DNA of 62,784 nt, counting the filler, from Circinaria calcarea (lineage: Eukaryota): assembly GCA_051942165.1 (NCBI GenBank). It is 7 parts of 7 records of this genome, joined end to end, with 100 filler letters (N's around TTAATTAATTAA, not from the genome) between each part and the next. Parts side by side here need not be neighbours in the genome. Positions count along the whole stretch, not along the records: positions 53,913 to 62,784 come from JAVECS010001036.1; 6 more parts are not named here. One strand, given 5' to 3'. The position numbers were made by a program, and so were the translations under genes. Position 1 is the first letter of the stretch; every line of letters starts with the position of its first letter. The notes under the pieces were generated by a model. The model did no database searches. It had not been told where the DNA came from and saw only the letters and a program-made list of their open reading frames with translations. Of the stretch, positions 60,663 through 62,784 are shown in pieces.

Positions 60663-62249
60663 GATGTTACCTTGCTCAATGTATTTCCACCAGAATGGCA
60701 AGGAAAGACGGGGCGGGTCTGAGGAGCGCAACAGAAGGACGACAGATCAAGGGAAATTGAATGAGTGTGTGTGGATCAGCTGTGCGCAGCACTTGGGGCG
60801 GCTAAGTTGAAAGAGCTTGCCTGCAGACGAAGCACATACAATGCACCATACAATGCACCAAACACGGTTGGAAAAGGGAAGAGAATGAGGGTGCGAGGAA
60901 ATGAAGGAAAGGAAATGGAAAAAGGAAGGAAAAGCAGGTGGCTGGTGTTTTATGGGCCGGTAGTACCCTTAGCGGGGCCCTTGTGTAGGGCTCGCCGATG
61001 GTGAAGCCGCCATGTCATTGCCACTATGACCGTTTGGTCTCCTGGATTTTGGCTTCGGGACCATCTTACCTTAGGTAAACGCTAACAAGCTTGCTACGTA
61101 CCCCTATCACGTCAAAGAGGGAGGGTGAAACTTCAGGGCAGGTCACCGCCTTCTTCTCTCTCCATCATGGCTTAAGGTACTTGACCTACATACTACCAGA
61201 ACTGTGGCCGCTGTGATGCCTACAGCCCTCGAGACGCTCCAGCCAACGACAACGGCCACTCTCGACCTCTCCTCCAGCAGATTTTCCTGAGAGTCCGAGA
61301 CATGCTCTGGTCACCAACCCTAAAACTAACCTAAAGCGCTCTGTCTCTCTCGCTAGCCGGCAAGAAGAACCGGACGAATGCCAGTGAGGTGCATGGGGCA
61401 ACGCCTACTCCTCCCTCGCTCCAGATGCTCCCTCTAGGTAGGGCATGAAGAGCCGTTGACGGAAGGATGGATGGACAATGCCAGACGGCAGGGAATTGTG
61501 CTTCCCTTGTAATGCTTATAGTGCAAAGGCTCCCACATGCCATCATATCCACTTTCGGGAAGTGAAAGGTTCGGTTTCAGGTAAAATGACGAACTATCCG
61601 GAGAAGTAGGTAGCTGGTACACGTCCTAGTACCTTATATGTACCTTCTTGCCTTGACCGTTGAAGTTCCCTGCCAAGCCCTCGTATTCCTGCCGTTCCGG
61701 ACTGTCGGGTCGCCACGAACTGCCGTTTACGATAGTGGTTCTTGATTCGAACCTCCGGTGTCATAACGTCACAACATCACGGCCTCGGTAGCAGTACCCG
61801 TAGTAGTATAAAGGCATACTGTAGGAGGAATTATCTCCGAGAGAGCCGGCCTGCAGAGGACTGTTTCCGCGTCCAGAAGAGTGGGAAATACAGAGCAAGT
61901 AGAATAGATTACGCATCTCTCCCTTTGATTGACAATTCCGAGTGCCTGGTAGATGGCAAAGGTACCCACATGTAATTGAACCGGGAGATCCGACCCCACA
62001 AGATCCATTGTAGAGCTTGGCCGTATCGTGGGATGGTGACGCCACAGCGAGAATCTGTCAGGTACGAATCCGTAACAGACTACCCAATCCATCTGTTAAT
62101 AGGGGCCATCCACTACGCACGCATTAGGTATATGTAATCTGGAACGTCTCGAAAGCACTCGATCCTGGATGGCGTGATGATCAGTCCAGGTCCCTTGGTG
62201 CTGTGAGTATCGCAAAGAAAATTAGATACACAGGTACAGAGCACCGGCA

Positions 62250-62784
62250 ATGCGGCCCTCAACCCAATTACTGGCATCCGGCTTCTTCAAGCGCAGTCTT
62301 GATGAATTCAAGCGACTCTCGAACATAGGTGAGTGGTGCGATACGCCTTACCGCCCGCTAGAATTAGGATGGTCGACGACGTTACTATCGTCATTTACTT
62401 TCCCCGGCTGATCTTGAGGGCGATGCAGCCATAAAGCAGGAGGGGCTCACGGTACCAACTGCCCCCTACCACCTCCTCGACCTTACCGACCCCGCTGCGA
62501 TCGAGTCATGCAAGACCATGTCCGATGCTGATATGGGTGGCTTCTCGAAAGTCTATCTAGAGCACGTCCCCGAGACAGCGACCGAGCCAGCTCATGCACG
62601 CTTTCATGGGAACATTTCCACCGAGCTCCCGCCCAGCCGACCACACATCCAGAGGACGGGCTACGCCGCGTGGCGAAACAAAGATAGGCCGGCAACGCTA
62701 TTCGGCAAAGCGCTGTGGGACATAGATCCATATACCTATCTTGGCCTACGCGTAAAGTCGGATGGACGAAAATACTTTGTCAAC
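62250..62784 (+). CDS. CIA30: Complex I intermediate-associated protein 30 (NDUFAF1), 3'-truncated; exons 62250-62328, 62429->62784; not in the ORF track
   Basis: GFFKRSLDEFKRLS, MSDADMGGFS, HARFHGNISTELP, RTGYAAWR, WDIDPYTYLGLRVKSDGRKYFVN. Confidence 0.92.

Noticed and set aside
59615..60679. 354-aa ORF in the supplied track
   Set aside because: Only its last ~115 codons match a RIM4 exon; the rest reads through an intron and exon 1 in another frame
1..62784. tRNA, rRNA, snRNA genes and CRISPR arrays
   Set aside because: None recognised by eye; tRNAscan-SE and Infernal would be needed to exclude them

Overview
This is eukaryotic DNA from a filamentous ascomycete (Pezizomycotina): short GT-AG introns with CTRAC/CTAAC branch points and fungal housekeeping genes. 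A lichen-forming lineage is possible but only a guess. The window is not one locus. It is seven unrelated contigs of 8,872-8,891 bp, ordered by length and joined by artificial 100-nt N/TTAATTAATTAA/N linkers (contigs 1-8891, 8992-17881, 17982-26869, 26970-35854, 35955-44833, 44934-53812, 53913-62784). Gene neighbourhood is therefore meaningful only within a contig. Housekeeping genes recognised: SebA/Seb1 C2H2 factor, DPH6, ADE2, NAD-GDH (GDH2), an Mss116-like DEAD-box helicase, PRS5, HMG-CoA lyase, DPH1, MSH6, an Rrn9-domain protein, MAK31, FAB1, an Mba1-like protein, an SSS-family transporter, RIM4 and CIA30. Highlights: (1) a compact candidate dikaritin-type RiPP cluster (CYP52-clan P450, DUF3328/UstYa oxidase with two HxxHC motifs, and a 45-aa secreted non-repetitive peptide ending VGDFY); its P450 has two in-frame stops in a RIP-like patch. 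(2) A TPP riboswitch with an 11-bp long-range pairing element in the 468-nt intron of the SSS transporter. (3) A C2H2 zinc finger/retropepsin-like protease fusion next to a DUF6594-like membrane protein. (4) An ADP-ribosyltransferase-like (R-S-E) orphan protein. (5) Several MITEs, including a nested cluster and an hAT-type element with an 8-bp TSD. All gene models and family assignments were made by eye and from recalled motifs; no database searches were run.
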